Part shown: one piece after another, positions 25,010-34,269 of the stretch
How the letters are laid out: each line of letters opens with the position of its first letter
Position numbering within the stretch: the first letter of the stretch is position 1
Origin: a phage
Reading direction: 5' to 3' (one strand)
Sequence record: PX104378.1
Length of the DNA: 64,000 nt
Translations under genes and position numbers: made by a program
The notes under the pieces: model-generated
Database searches by the model: none
What the model was told of the DNA's origin: nothing
What the model saw: only the letters and a program-made list of their open reading frames with translations

Positions 25010-25339
25010 TCAGATCATTTTAAAGTAGTTTTCGTTAACGTTTTCTTCATTAATTTCTGATTTAAACACTGTGCCATCATCAGGACAGACATAATATCGT
25101 TCTGAATAGTCACGATACTTTTTCAGTAGGCTGACACCAACGTTAACACCATTTTCCCAGAAACGAAAGATAATTTTATCGGCAGTGTAACGATAATCAC
25201 TTTGAATCAGGCTACCATCACCGCGACGAGACTCATAAATTGTAATACAATTGCGGTTGGCTGTATTAAGACATTCCTCAATAGTACCACAAGACAGAAT
25301 TTCGATTGATCCGTTAACTTCTTGTTCTACAGTCCACAT
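25010..25339 (-). CDS. hypothetical protein (109 aa)
   Basis: ORF with GAGGA SD. Confidence 0.5.
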   Translation of the reverse strand: MWTVEQEVNGSIEILSCGTIEECLNTANRNCITIYESRRGDGSLIQSDYRYTADKIIFRFWENGVNVGVSLLKKYRDYSERYYVCPDDGTVFKSEINEENVNENYFKMI

Positions 25340-25361
25340 AATGTAATCCTCACTTTGTATT

Positions 25362-25691
25362 TCACTGTTTTTTGCTCATATTATATGCTTCTAGTGACAG
25401 GTCGTCAACCATCGAAGAAATCTCATTAAGAAAATCTTTTTCCATATATGCCATCAAAGAGTTTGATTCTTTGATATGTTGTATAGCAGTCTCACTTAGA
25501 ACTCCTTCCCCTAAAAATAATGCAACAAGAACACTATCTGGGATATGAATCTCATCATAATCATCGATTCCTTTCTGTACTCGAATAGTGGCTTTTGTTG
25601 TGTTGTGTGTCATGTCTAATTTTGAGAAAAGTTCTACGTTCGGATACTTGTTACTTTTCTTATGCAGTGTCGCGTTCAATAACATAGGCAA
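25362..25691 (-). CDS. hypothetical protein (109 aa)
   Basis: ORF with GGAGGAA SD behind promoter cassette. Confidence 0.5.
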   Translation of the reverse strand: MPMLLNATLHKKSNKYPNVELFSKLDMTHNTTKATIRVQKGIDDYDEIHIPDSVLVALFLGEGVLSETAIQHIKESNSLMAYMEKDFLNEISSMVDDLSLEAYNMSKKQ

Positions 25692-25715
25692 GTTCCTCCA
25701 TTGTTTCGATGTTTG

Positions 25716-25743
25716 TATTATACAATACTATGTTACTTTGTCA
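25716..25743 (-). promoter_or_regulatory. sigma70-type early promoter cassette
   Basis: TTGACA-N16-TATAAT on minus strand. Confidence 0.5.
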
Positions 25744-26362
25744 ACTCTTTTTCAAAAGATTTTACGATATACATGATAGTGCTCAATTCGGACGGTGCTA
25801 CTGTTTCTGTGTAGCCATCCGGCATATCTTTTTTTGAGATATAGGAAGTTTTACCTTTCATCGCTTCCTTGATCTTGTTCTCTAATTCTAAGATCTTTTG
25901 ACCGTCTTGTAAAGTCAATTCATAAAAGATCTCATGGTCGAATTTAGAAACACGAGATTGGTCTTTCATTCGTGCTTTAGTTGTTAAGTTAGTTATTCCA
26001 AATTTAACACCAACAAAATTATTATTGTTGATTAGTCTCTGGATATACAGAGTTCCAATTTTTAATGTATTGTATCCATAGTGGGCACATTTAGGGCAAC
26101 GTCTTCCTTTCTGAAACTCCATTATTGGTTGAGTGTATGTATGCCCTTCGCTACATGTCAAATTTAATTTTGTCTTATTACCTTTCCATTCTCCAATGAA
26201 TCCATTGAAGGTTATATTTTCTTTTTCAAAGACTGGTTTCAATCTTTCATAATATTCAATTGGCGATATAGAACGATTGCTTTTTCTTACCCATTCAATC
26301 TCATGTGCTTGACGTACTAACATAATTTTATCCTCCGTTGTTTCGATGAGTTCATTATACAT
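25733..26362 (-). CDS. Zn-finger protein, possibly nuclease-like (209 aa)
   Basis: CSEGH ... CPKCAH Cys/His cluster, then LYIQRL ... GVKFGIT block loosely resembling GIY-YIG. Confidence 0.45.
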   Translation of the reverse strand: MYNELIETTEDKIMLVRQAHEIEWVRKSNRSISPIEYYERLKPVFEKENITFNGFIGEWKGNKTKLNLTCSEGHTYTQPIMEFQKGRRCPKCAHYGYNTLKIGTLYIQRLINNNNFVGVKFGITNLTTKARMKDQSRVSKFDHEIFYELTLQDGQKILELENKIKEAMKGKTSYISKKDMPDGYTETVAPSELSTIMYIVKSFEKELTK

Positions 26363-26382
26363 TACCTCGCCAACATGTCAAC
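26355..26382 (-). promoter_or_regulatory. sigma70-type early promoter cassette
   Basis: TTGACA-N16-TATAAT on minus strand. Confidence 0.5.
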
Positions 26383-26405
26383 ACCTTTTTCATAAATTTT
26401 TAGGC

Positions 26406-26433
26406 AATAAAAAAGCCTCCCCGAAGGGAGGCT
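26406..26433 (-). terminator. rho-independent terminator after gene 32
   Basis: GCCTCCC-CGAA-GGGAGGC hairpin followed on minus strand by UUUUUUAUUG. Confidence 0.7.
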
Positions 26434-26443
26434 GTAAAATTCA

Positions 26444-27391
26444 TTACATCGCTAACAGAGAGTCCAGGTCATCCAGATCAGAAGCGGAGGAAGTACCGCC
26501 ACCCAGGTCCAGAGATGCCATCAGATCATCAGCGGAAGAATCGGATGTTGTGCTAGTTGCGGTAGTACCAGCGTCGAATGCATTCATCTGTGCATCGAAA
26601 TCGTCAAGCTGGTTGTTAATCGCTGCCGCAGCACCAGAAGCCGCAGCACCAGCTACCAGGCTTACACCTTTAACTTTCTTAAATTTAGCATCCAGTTCCT
26701 CGAAAGATTTAAACTGGTCTTTTGCTACGATAACATCAATATCTACCATGTTTTCGAACAGATATTTCTGGAATGCTTCATCTTCGATGTTCGGAATCGC
26801 TGATTGCTGCATGAAACGTGAATCATCGTAGTTCAGGAATTTATCTACTTTCTTAGCTTTCAGAAGGAAGTTAGCGCCTTCGAACGGACATACGATGTTT
26901 ACAGGTTTTTCGCCCAATTCCGTGTTTACGTTGCTCATTGCCAGAATCTTATCATAAATTTTCTTACCGAAGCGGTATTTAAATACTTTACCTTCGTTTT
27001 CCGGCGCTTTCGGATCTTTCATTACCAGAATGTTTGCGAAGTAAGAAGATTTACGCTTAACATCTTGATATTCTTTATTGTTGGTGTTGTACAGATCATT
27101 TTCGCTAATGTATTTGCACACAGGGCAAGAATCAAAATCACCGTGGGTGCTAGGGCAGTTTTCCCAATAATACTTACCATTTACTTTGAAAGAATGGTTT
27201 ACAAGGTTGATGATCGGTAAACCGTCTTCGGTGCGTGCTGGAAGAAAACGAATCACCGCTTCACCGTTACCCGCCGCGTCAGTTTTAATCTTCCACTCTT
27301 TCGGATCTTCTTTGGAGAAGCCGTTGCTACCTTTCAGTGCTGCCAGTTGAGCTTGCAGTTTGGAAGAATCTTGACGACGAAAAATGTTCAT
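26444..27391 (-). CDS. 32: ssDNA-binding protein gp32
   Basis: [35 protein letters not shown] and acidic C-terminal tail match recalled T4 gp32; start at MNIF with AGAGG SD. Confidence 0.9.
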   Translation of the reverse strand: MNIFRRQDSSKLQAQLAALKGSNGFSKEDPKEWKIKTDAAGNGEAVIRFLPARTEDGLPIINLVNHSFKVNGKYYWENCPSTHGDFDSCPVCKYISENDLYNTNNKEYQDVKRKSSYFANILVMKDPKAPENEGKVFKYRFGKKIYDKILAMSNVNTELGEKPVNIVCPFEGANFLLKAKKVDKFLNYDDSRFMQQSAIPNIEDEAFQKYLFENMVDIDVIVAKDQFKSFEELDAKFKKVKGVSLVAGAAASGAAAAINNQLDDFDAQMNAFDAGTTATSTTSDSSADDLMASLDLGGGTSSASDLDDLDSLLAM

Positions 27392-27433
27392 AATTATACC
27401 TCTTTTATACATTAACTATTAATTTGCTAGACT

Positions 27434-27461
27434 ATTATACAGATTTAAATTTACTTGTCAA
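27434..27461 (-). promoter_or_regulatory. sigma70-type promoter upstream of gene 32
   Basis: TTGACA-N16-TATAAT overlapping the 3' end of gene 59. Confidence 0.5.
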
Positions 27462-28138
27462 CTATTTGTTTCGGCTTTTAATTGAGATATTTCTTTACAC
27501 TCTTTAACTACTTTAACAAATAATGCTCTTGCTTTTGCGGCGTCAATAACAAGTAGTTTCTTGTACGCCTTCATTTTAACACTATAAGTTTGCCAAATCA
27601 AGTCTTTGGCTACCTTGTCGTGTTCGTCGATTATATTTAGAAAGCTATCTAACAACATAAACGACTCAAACGATATAATCCGATTTTGCAGTAGTTTAAA
27701 GATACCGCTAGTTTCGGTTGCGGGATTGTATGTAATTAGCTCTTTAAGAGTAACCCCGCGTTTCTCTGAGAAGTATACCAGACTTTTAATGTCATCGTCA
27801 AATCGTGTTGCAGCATCAGTGATCTTACCGATATACTCCATGTAAAATCCGTATGCGTCAACATCGGTGATTTCACCTACCCATGCATCGGTATTAGCTA
27901 CCAGATTGCTTAGGAATAGGAAGTATAATTCTCTTAGATTGTACTTTTCCGCTAATTTTGCGAAATAATACTTATCTCTGCGTTTATTGAATGCGGCATC
28001 AGACAACCGCATCCTCCAATTGTATTTTACGCAATCATAACGCCCGTTCATATGAGCTTTCATCATGCAATATAACATATACACAGATTTAGCATTAATT
28101 CGCATATCTGGATCTGGAGGAAGACGGTTTCTGATCAT
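27458..28138 (-). CDS. 59: helicase loader gp59
   Basis: 226 aa; KSVYMLYCMMKAHMNGRYDCVKYNW, FLSNLVANTDAWVG, SFESFMLLDSFLNIIDEHD match recalled T4 gp59. Confidence 0.85.
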   Translation of the reverse strand: MIRNRLPPDPDMRINAKSVYMLYCMMKAHMNGRYDCVKYNWRMRLSDAAFNKRRDKYYFAKLAEKYNLRELYFLFLSNLVANTDAWVGEITDVDAYGFYMEYIGKITDAATRFDDDIKSLVYFSEKRGVTLKELITYNPATETSGIFKLLQNRIISFESFMLLDSFLNIIDEHDKVAKDLIWQTYSVKMKAYKKLLVIDAAKARALFVKVVKECKEISQLKAETNS

Positions 28139-28147
28139 ACATACCCC

Positions 28148-28417
28148 TTAAATATCGAGAGTGTTGGTCGGTTCGTCGATCACTCCCTTCCTGAGCGTTC
28201 TATTCACTATACATTCTTGTGTGATCTTGTCAATAATGGACACCGGAATATACTTCTGATAGTGACCATATTCTATAGAGTTTTCCTCTACAAACTGAGT
28301 TGTCGCTTCAAGATAAGTCAATCCCTCTTCAACAACCAGTTTTTCGATTGCAAGACCGTTTGCTGTTTTATTCGCGGCTTTTACCGCATGTTCATTAAGC
28401 ATTGAACACCCGATCAT
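28148..28417 (-). CDS. 33: late transcription co-activator gp33
   Basis: YLEATTQFVEENSI and C-terminal PTNTLDI match recalled T4 gp33; N-terminus shorter than T4. Confidence 0.65.
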   Translation of the reverse strand: MIGCSMLNEHAVKAANKTANGLAIEKLVVEEGLTYLEATTQFVEENSIEYGHYQKYIPVSIIDKITQECIVNRTLRKGVIDEPTNTLDI

Positions 28418-28670
28418 AGAGTTCTACCGCTTCATCGCGTTCTGCTTCGAAGGTTTCTCGCTGTTGCTGGTGATACAGTTTAAACAGAATGCCCCACATT
28501 TTACCATCTACGCCTAATTCTTCTTTAGCACGCTGTTTGATCTCTTTGATCTTATCGCCATATGCTTCTTGAATGGTTTTCTGATCGCTGGCTTCTTTAA
28601 TCAGTTGTGCCAGGGTATTTCCGTGCACTGCTTCGTCAAATACTACTTTTTCTTTTTTCTGTTCAGTCAT
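28395..28670 (-). CDS. dsbA: dsDNA-binding protein DsbA-like
   Basis: 91 aa, position between 33 and rnh, helical charged protein; assignment mainly by synteny. Confidence 0.55.
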   Translation of the reverse strand: MTEQKKEKVVFDEAVHGNTLAQLIKEASDQKTIQEAYGDKIKEIKQRAKEELGVDGKMWGILFKLYHQQQRETFEAERDEAVELYDRVFNA

Positions 28671-28674
28671 AATA

Positions 28675-29274
28675 TTAACCCTCTTTAGTCATTAATTGAA
28701 AACCACGTTCAGCTTTTGAGATTTCGCTAGGACTTAAATCGTCACCCACATATTCTAGCATCATTTCTCGGATAATGTCAAGTGCTTTTTCATCACCTGA
28801 TTTTAACTCGAACTCAAGTTCATAATGAGCAGTGTCGCCCAATCCTTCGCCTACTTTGCCATAATAGAAAGTGTCTTTGCACATTTCCACTATACCGCAA
28901 CCCATATCTAGAGTCAATGACTTGCGATATGTCATTACTTGCATTATTGTAGTGATATAGTCGGAGTTTACCCCTAGACTATCAATAAAATGGACGAACT
29001 CATCCCAATTTGAAAATGTCATTTCCTCGCGGTTGAATAGTCCAGATTCATTATCACCCATTTTGACCATGATCTCTGATTTTCGACAGTCAAGTCGTGC
29101 ATAAATTCCTTTTTGACGTAGCGCATGATCTTCGGTATCATAATAAAATTCGTGTTTTAGAATGTTATCACGGTCTACGAGATTGTACCCGTCATACATT
29201 GCTACCCACAAATCACAGATGGTTTCGACGCCAATTTGTGAGTGTGCATAGTATTTTAATTCAAGTTCTTTCAT
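28675..29274 (-). CDS. CYTH-domain (triphosphate tunnel metalloenzyme) protein
   Basis: 199 aa; N-terminal ELELKYY (CYTH EIExK-type motif) and later YELEFELK acidic strand. Confidence 0.5.
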   Translation of the reverse strand: MKELELKYYAHSQIGVETICDLWVAMYDGYNLVDRDNILKHEFYYDTEDHALRQKGIYARLDCRKSEIMVKMGDNESGLFNREEMTFSNWDEFVHFIDSLGVNSDYITTIMQVMTYRKSLTLDMGCGIVEMCKDTFYYGKVGEGLGDTAHYELEFELKSGDEKALDIIREMMLEYVGDDLSPSEISKAERGFQLMTKEG

Positions 29275-29284
29275 GTGTCAACCC

Positions 29285-30232
29285 TTAGAACTCACCAATT
29301 TTCTGCAACATTTTAACTAACGCATTTGTTACAAAATAGTTATAAATTTTACCGCGTGGTGCTGGTTTAGATTTTTCCCATGACTCCAGAATCTGATTCT
29401 GAATATTGTCTGGGATGTAATCGAAATCAATAAGTTCGCGGTTTTCATCAAATCGACGTGCTTCTTCCTCTGTCATCAAAGACTTTGGATCTTCGGCATC
29501 GAAGATTTGCTCTAACCATTTGGTCGCAACTGGTTTAGCTCGTTCACCTTCCAATCGAGAGATAATAAAATCACTACGGCACTTGACAGAAGCTACACCG
29601 TCTTTTGCGTCACCCTTAACACATTTTACCATAAGGTCTTTGTACGGGCTACCGTATTTGCATTTCTTCCATGCTTTTTGTACTGGTGCCCACTGCTTCA
29701 CATTTTTGTATTTGTGCAACTGTGTGTAGTCACCATCGCCGGAGTTGATCAGCACCTGACGACCTTCTACAGAAAACTTTTTAGTTAGCACAGCGATTAT
29801 ATCATCCGCTTCAACTTTGTCAACCTTAATAACGTGATAAGGCATGTTCTCTTTAAACTCTTCGGTGATCTTATTGATCGCAGCAAAGATCATCTCCCAA
29901 TCACGCGGATCTGCGTCTCGTTTTTCCTTACGGTTGCGTTTATAGTAAGGGGCGATATCACGTCGCCAGTAACCTTTGCTTGAATCAAAAGCAAGTACCG
30001 TAATAGGGTATTGCTCTTTGAATTTTGTCATATTATAACGCATGGTGTCAAGAATAAGATGACGGATCATGCCTTCACTAATAGGATCTTCCGGTTTAAA
30101 GGTATGCGAGATAGTAGCAATCATAAGCTGCGACATATCAATCAAATGCACACCTTCCGGTAGTTTATCTTCTGGGTCATCGAAGAAATCATTAAGTGTA
30201 GCGGTAGTTTTTGTAAACGGGTTATACGTCAT
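29285..30232 (-). CDS. rnh: RNase H (5'-3' exonuclease / flap endonuclease)
   Basis: 315 aa; GYWRRD, YYKRNR, VEADDIIAVL, NSGDGDYTQLHKY.NVKQW, IDFDYIPDNI match recalled T4 RNase H. Confidence 0.9.
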   Translation of the reverse strand: MTYNPFTKTTATLNDFFDDPEDKLPEGVHLIDMSQLMIATISHTFKPEDPISEGMIRHLILDTMRYNMTKFKEQYPITVLAFDSSKGYWRRDIAPYYKRNRKEKRDADPRDWEMIFAAINKITEEFKENMPYHVIKVDKVEADDIIAVLTKKFSVEGRQVLINSGDGDYTQLHKYKNVKQWAPVQKAWKKCKYGSPYKDLMVKCVKGDAKDGVASVKCRSDFIISRLEGERAKPVATKWLEQIFDAEDPKSLMTEEEARRFDENRELIDFDYIPDNIQNQILESWEKSKPAPRGKIYNYFVTNALVKMLQKIGEF

Positions 30233-30234
30233 AA

Positions 30235-30420
30235 TTAAGTTCTCTCCACTCTCACAACAACATATTCGCCAAACGAGTTAGATACTTCACGATCATAACC
30301 GTACTTCTCCATAACTCGCAGAATTGCATTGTTTAATTCGGCACGGAAATAATTGTAATCCTTATCTGGGATTCTGTCAACTATCCATTTTGCACCGTCT
30401 GACAAATCAACTTTAACCAT
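30235..30420 (-). CDS. small hypothetical protein (61 aa)
   Basis: ORF directly downstream of rnh. Confidence 0.4.
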   Translation of the reverse strand: MVKVDLSDGAKWIVDRIPDKDYNYFRAELNNAILRVMEKYGYDREVSNSFGEYVVVRVERT

Positions 30421-30458
30421 AATATATCATCCTCTTTTGTTTCTATCAAGCCTTATTT

Positions 30459-30466
30459 TATAAATA
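30459..30466 (+). promoter_or_regulatory. T4-type late promoter
   Basis: exact TATAAATA about 29 nt upstream of gp34 ATG; AAGGAG SD at 30481. Confidence 0.7.
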
Positions 30467-30494
30467 TGAACATACTATAAAAGGAGACCCAATA

Positions 30495-33400
30495 ATGGCA
30501 GATTTTTCTCAACATTTCAAGGCCACATTTGGCTTTGACGCTGGTAATGAAAAGGTCGTCAATGTAGCATTGGCTGATAAGAATGTCAACACCGATGCGG
30601 TCAACGTTGAATTTTTCAATTACCATAATGGTATTACTCAGTATGACACAACTCGCGGTTATGATCAATACGGAACTACAATCTATCAAAACCGTCCGTA
30701 TTATGCAAAAGAAGATATCACAAAGCCAGCAGGTGATTTTGACCCGACTAAATGGCAAGCACTGCGCACCGATCCACGTTGGGATTATATTGCAGCAACT
30801 TCCGGTGATACTCCTTTAAAGTCTGGTGATTATATCGCAGCAGATGGTCAATTTGCAAACTTGACTTTCTCCATGCCAAACAAACCAGCAGAGGGAGACA
30901 CTATAACAGTAAAAGATATCGGTGGCAAGTGTGGTGTTAATGAATTATCGTTCTTGAGTTCAGGTCATGAGTTTTATCATAACGGTAATGTGTATAACCG
31001 CAAATGGTATTGCACTACCCCGTATGCAATGAACTATTTCATCTTTGTTCGTAATCGTTGGCATGTTTATCAGACAGGAACAGAGCCACGCGGTGTGTAC
31101 GCACAGCCAGCGATTGATGCTATTCAAATGCAGAATGGTGATCAGGTATTTCGTCGTAGTTCGTTGGGTAATATTACCTTAGTGCTTCCTAAGTTTGCCA
31201 ACAATGGCGACATGATCCAGACCACAGACCTTGACGGGTTAACCGCAACCAACCACGTTACGGTTAAAGTTCATGAGCACGCAGAAGAACAATCAATTGG
31301 CACGTTCGGATTAAAAGAGATTATCGGTAAGCGTAGCGGTCATGGTGTATTCATCTTTGATAAGCCTGAAAACTTATGGCGTGTGTGGGATGGTGATCAG
31401 TCTGTTCGTCTTAAACCGATCATCGATGACACTCGCTTGCAACCTAATAGTTATGTTGCTGTATTTGGTGATCATGATGTTACTCTGACGCTACCGACCA
31501 ATGTCGAGCCGGGTGATCGTATTCAAGTTTCTATGCAGTATATGCACGGAAACCAGAATTGCCGTATTATCACCGCCGCAGAGGATACAAAAATCCTTAT
31601 GCAGAAAAATATGGTTCAGTTTCCTAAGCGTAGCGAGTACCCATTCAACGGGACCGAGACATGGAAGGAAGTGTCTGAATTGTCGTTCAATGCGGCTAGT
31701 GATTATGTACCTTATCTGGAGTTCTCTTATTCAGAAGGTGATGATGGTAAAAAACACTGGTTGGTAGCACATGCTCACCCGATTGTAGAACGAGTAGATC
31801 CGACTCGTAAAGCGCGTGTTGGTGTAATTGCACTGGCTACCCAGACTGAAACGAATAAAAACCATGAAGAGAATCCTAGCGACGAAGTTGCAGTAACACC
31901 AAAAATGCTGGCTAATAAAACCGCCAACGAAACTCGACGCGGTATTGCTCGCATTGCGACTCAGGAGGAAACGCATCAAGATACTGGTTCCAGCTTCCTG
32001 GATGATGTTATCGTTACGCCTAAAAAGTTAAATGATTGTGTTGCTACCGAAGCCCGTCGTGGTGTGATGGAAATTGCAACTCAACATGAAACCAACGAAG
32101 GTTTAGACGATACTCGCGCAATAACTCCTAAGAAGTTAGAAGAACGTCGCGCGTCCGAGGATCTTGCTGGTATTGCTGAAATTGTTCAGGTAGGCGGTAA
32201 TGCTGCCGCTCGAAGGGGTGAAGCTGGCACGGGGATCTATAACATAAACGACCACGCTAAAATCGTTACTCCGCAAAACATCAACGAAGTCAAGGCGACA
32301 GAAACTTCCCGTGGTGTTGGCTATCTGGCAACTGACGCGGAAGTGCAAGGGGCTACAGAATCAACCCCGCAAGATGCTTTACTAATCACGACTCGCACGC
32401 TAACGAAACGTACTGCTACAGAATCGCGTACTGGTATCGCTGAAATTGCAACTCAGGAAGAAACAAACTTAGGTCAGAGTGATAACCATATCATCACGCC
32501 TAAAAAGCTGCATACTCGCCGCGCAACGGAAACTTTACATGGTTTAGCAGAAATTGCAACTCAGCCGGAATTTGACGCAGGTCGTGACGATGCTCGCATT
32601 TCTACCCCATTGAAGATTAAAACCTTCTTTGAGAATGCACAGCGTTTGAAAGTAGATCCGACTCAGGGGCTTAACCTTACTGGTGATTTGTGGCAAGGTA
32701 TCATGATCAGCGGTCTGGATGCAACCGAAGACACAAAAGGTGTCGCTAAAGTTGCTACTACTCAGCTTACGGATGCTGGTCAAGATGATACTACAATCAT
32801 TACTCCTAAAAAGCTGCAAGGCAAAAAGGCCACCGAAGGTAAAGAAGGTATTATCCGAGTTGGTACTCAAGCCGAAACCGTGGCTGGTGTACTGGCTAAT
32901 GTAGCAATTTCTCCGAAGAACTTCAAATATGTTGTTCAGACAGAGGATACATGGAAAGCAACCGAAGCGCGTCGTGGTTTCTTGAAAGTTGCTACTCAGG
33001 AAAACTGTTTTGTTGGTGATAATCTGCAAGGTTCTACTCAAGAACTAGGAAACTACCAGCATGACGGAATTGCTGTTACCCCGAAAGGATTAAACTACGC
33101 ACTTGCTAATTTCTTACCTAAGATGGCAACCGCTCAGAATAGTTTGAAATTGGGTAACGTAGAGGCCGCTAAATGGGCGCGTAGAGACATTGACCAGACC
33201 ATTGAGAGCAATTACACGTTTAATAAAAACGTTAACGTGAAGGGCGATTTAGAGTGCTTAAAATCTGGTTCCTTTGAAACTCTGTTTGTGACTAAGAACT
33301 CGACTGATGATCCGAGTAATGGTCATCTGGTGTTGGGTGAGCGTGGAGTTGACGGTCACACCGGAATTACTCTGCACGGCACAACCGCATCGGAAGGTAT

Positions 33401-34235
33401 GGAAAACTCATGGTCTATTATCGTTGGTGGTACTGGAACAGCGCAAGTTGTTGATAGTGACGCTATCGCTTTCGGTAAAATCAATGATGGTGGATTCGTC
33501 GAGCATTACGCCTTTGCTATGGAACACAATGGCGACGCGGCAGCATATAGAGACTTTATTGCAGGTCGTAACCTGTATGCGAAACAAGGCGGTTTATACA
33601 TTGTTGACCAGTCTAATCCGGCAATGACTCGTTCCCCAGATGGTATGCTGAATATCGGTCACGGTGGAAGTGTTAATATCAAGGCAGGTTATCAAACGTT
33701 AACTACAGAGATCGCCGGACAGAAATATCAGATCGTACACGCAGGAAACGCAGACGAAGTTCTTAACCGTCAGTTTGTTAAGAATGCTGGCGATACAATG
33801 GTCGGTAAGCTGATTATGGATAATGCGCCTATTGTTTCTGTTAAGCATGAAGCTAGCGCGGCAACCGCTCCGGCAATCGGTAACATCGGTTTCTGGAATA
33901 TGCGCGTTACTACCCAGAACATCAAAGAAACTTATCCAGAGAAGAAAAACGGTACTCTGATGCAATGGGGTACTGACGAGGACGGGCTTACCCAGCTTTG
34001 GTCCCCTGATGGTACTCATAAACATTATATCCGTTCCGGTACTGGTGGTCAATGGACCGCATGGGGTGAAATTTACACCAAACAGAATAAGCCTACCGCT
34101 CAGGAAATCGGGGCAGTAGTTGCAGAAGGTGGTTTAATGAACTCTATGACGGTTCGTGATTGGATCAAAGTTGGTAATGTTAAAATCATCGCCAATAATC
34201 TGACTCGTACCGTAGACTTTATCTGGGAAGACTAA
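30495..34235 (+). CDS. 34: long tail fibre proximal subunit gp34
   Basis: 1246 aa; N-terminus ...DAGNEKVVNVALADKNVNTDAVNVE...YDTTRGY matches recalled T4 gp34; internal GIAEIATQ...TPKKL repeats. Confidence 0.85.
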   Translation: MADFSQHFKATFGFDAGNEKVVNVALADKNVNTDAVNVEFFNYHNGITQYDTTRGYDQYGTTIYQNRPYYAKEDITKPAGDFDPTKWQALRTDPRWDYIAATSGDTPLKSGDYIAADGQFANLTFSMPNKPAEGDTITVKDIGGKCGVNELSFLSSGHEFYHNGNVYNRKWYCTTPYAMNYFIFVRNRWHVYQTGTEPRGVYAQPAIDAIQMQNGDQVFRRSSLGNITLVLPKFANNGDMIQTTDLDGLTATNHVTVKVHEHAEEQSIGTFGLKEIIGKRSGHGVFIFDKPENLWRVWDGDQSVRLKPIIDDTRLQPNSYVAVFGDHDVTLTLPTNVEPGDRIQVSMQYMHGNQNCRIITAAEDTKILMQKNMVQFPKRSEYPFNGTETWKEVSELSFNAASDYVPYLEFSYSEGDDGKKHWLVAHAHPIVERVDPTRKARVGVIALATQTETNKNHEENPSDEVAVTPKMLANKTANETRRGIARIATQEETHQDTGSSFLDDVIVTPKKLNDCVATEARRGVMEIATQHETNEGLDDTRAITPKKLEERRASEDLAGIAEIVQVGGNAAARRGEAGTGIYNINDHAKIVTPQNINEVKATETSRGVGYLATDAEVQGATESTPQDALLITTRTLTKRTATESRTGIAEIATQEETNLGQSDNHIITPKKLHTRRATETLHGLAEIATQPEFDAGRDDARISTPLKIKTFFENAQRLKVDPTQGLNLTGDLWQGIMISGLDATEDTKGVAKVATTQLTDAGQDDTTIITPKKLQGKKATEGKEGIIRVGTQAETVAGVLANVAISPKNFKYVVQTEDTWKATEARRGFLKVATQENCFVGDNLQGSTQELGNYQHDGIAVTPKGLNYALANFLPKMATAQNSLKLGNVEAAKWARRDIDQTIESNYTFNKNVNVKGDLECLKSGSFETLFVTKNSTDDPSNGHLVLGERGVDGHTGITLHGTTASEGMENSWSIIVGGTGTAQVVDSDAIAFGKINDGGFVEHYAFAMEHNGDAAAYRDFIAGRNLYAKQGGLYIVDQSNPAMTRSPDGMLNIGHGGSVNIKAGYQTLTTEIAGQKYQIVHAGNADEVLNRQFVKNAGDTMVGKLIMDNAPIVSVKHEASAATAPAIGNIGFWNMRVTTQNIKETYPEKKNGTLMQWGTDEDGLTQLWSPDGTHKHYIRSGTGGQWTAWGEIYTKQNKPTAQEIGAVVAEGGLMNSMTVRDWIKVGNVKIIANNLTRTVDFIWED

Positions 34236-34269
34236 TTAAAGGGGGGCGAAAGCCCCCTATGGGGTTATT

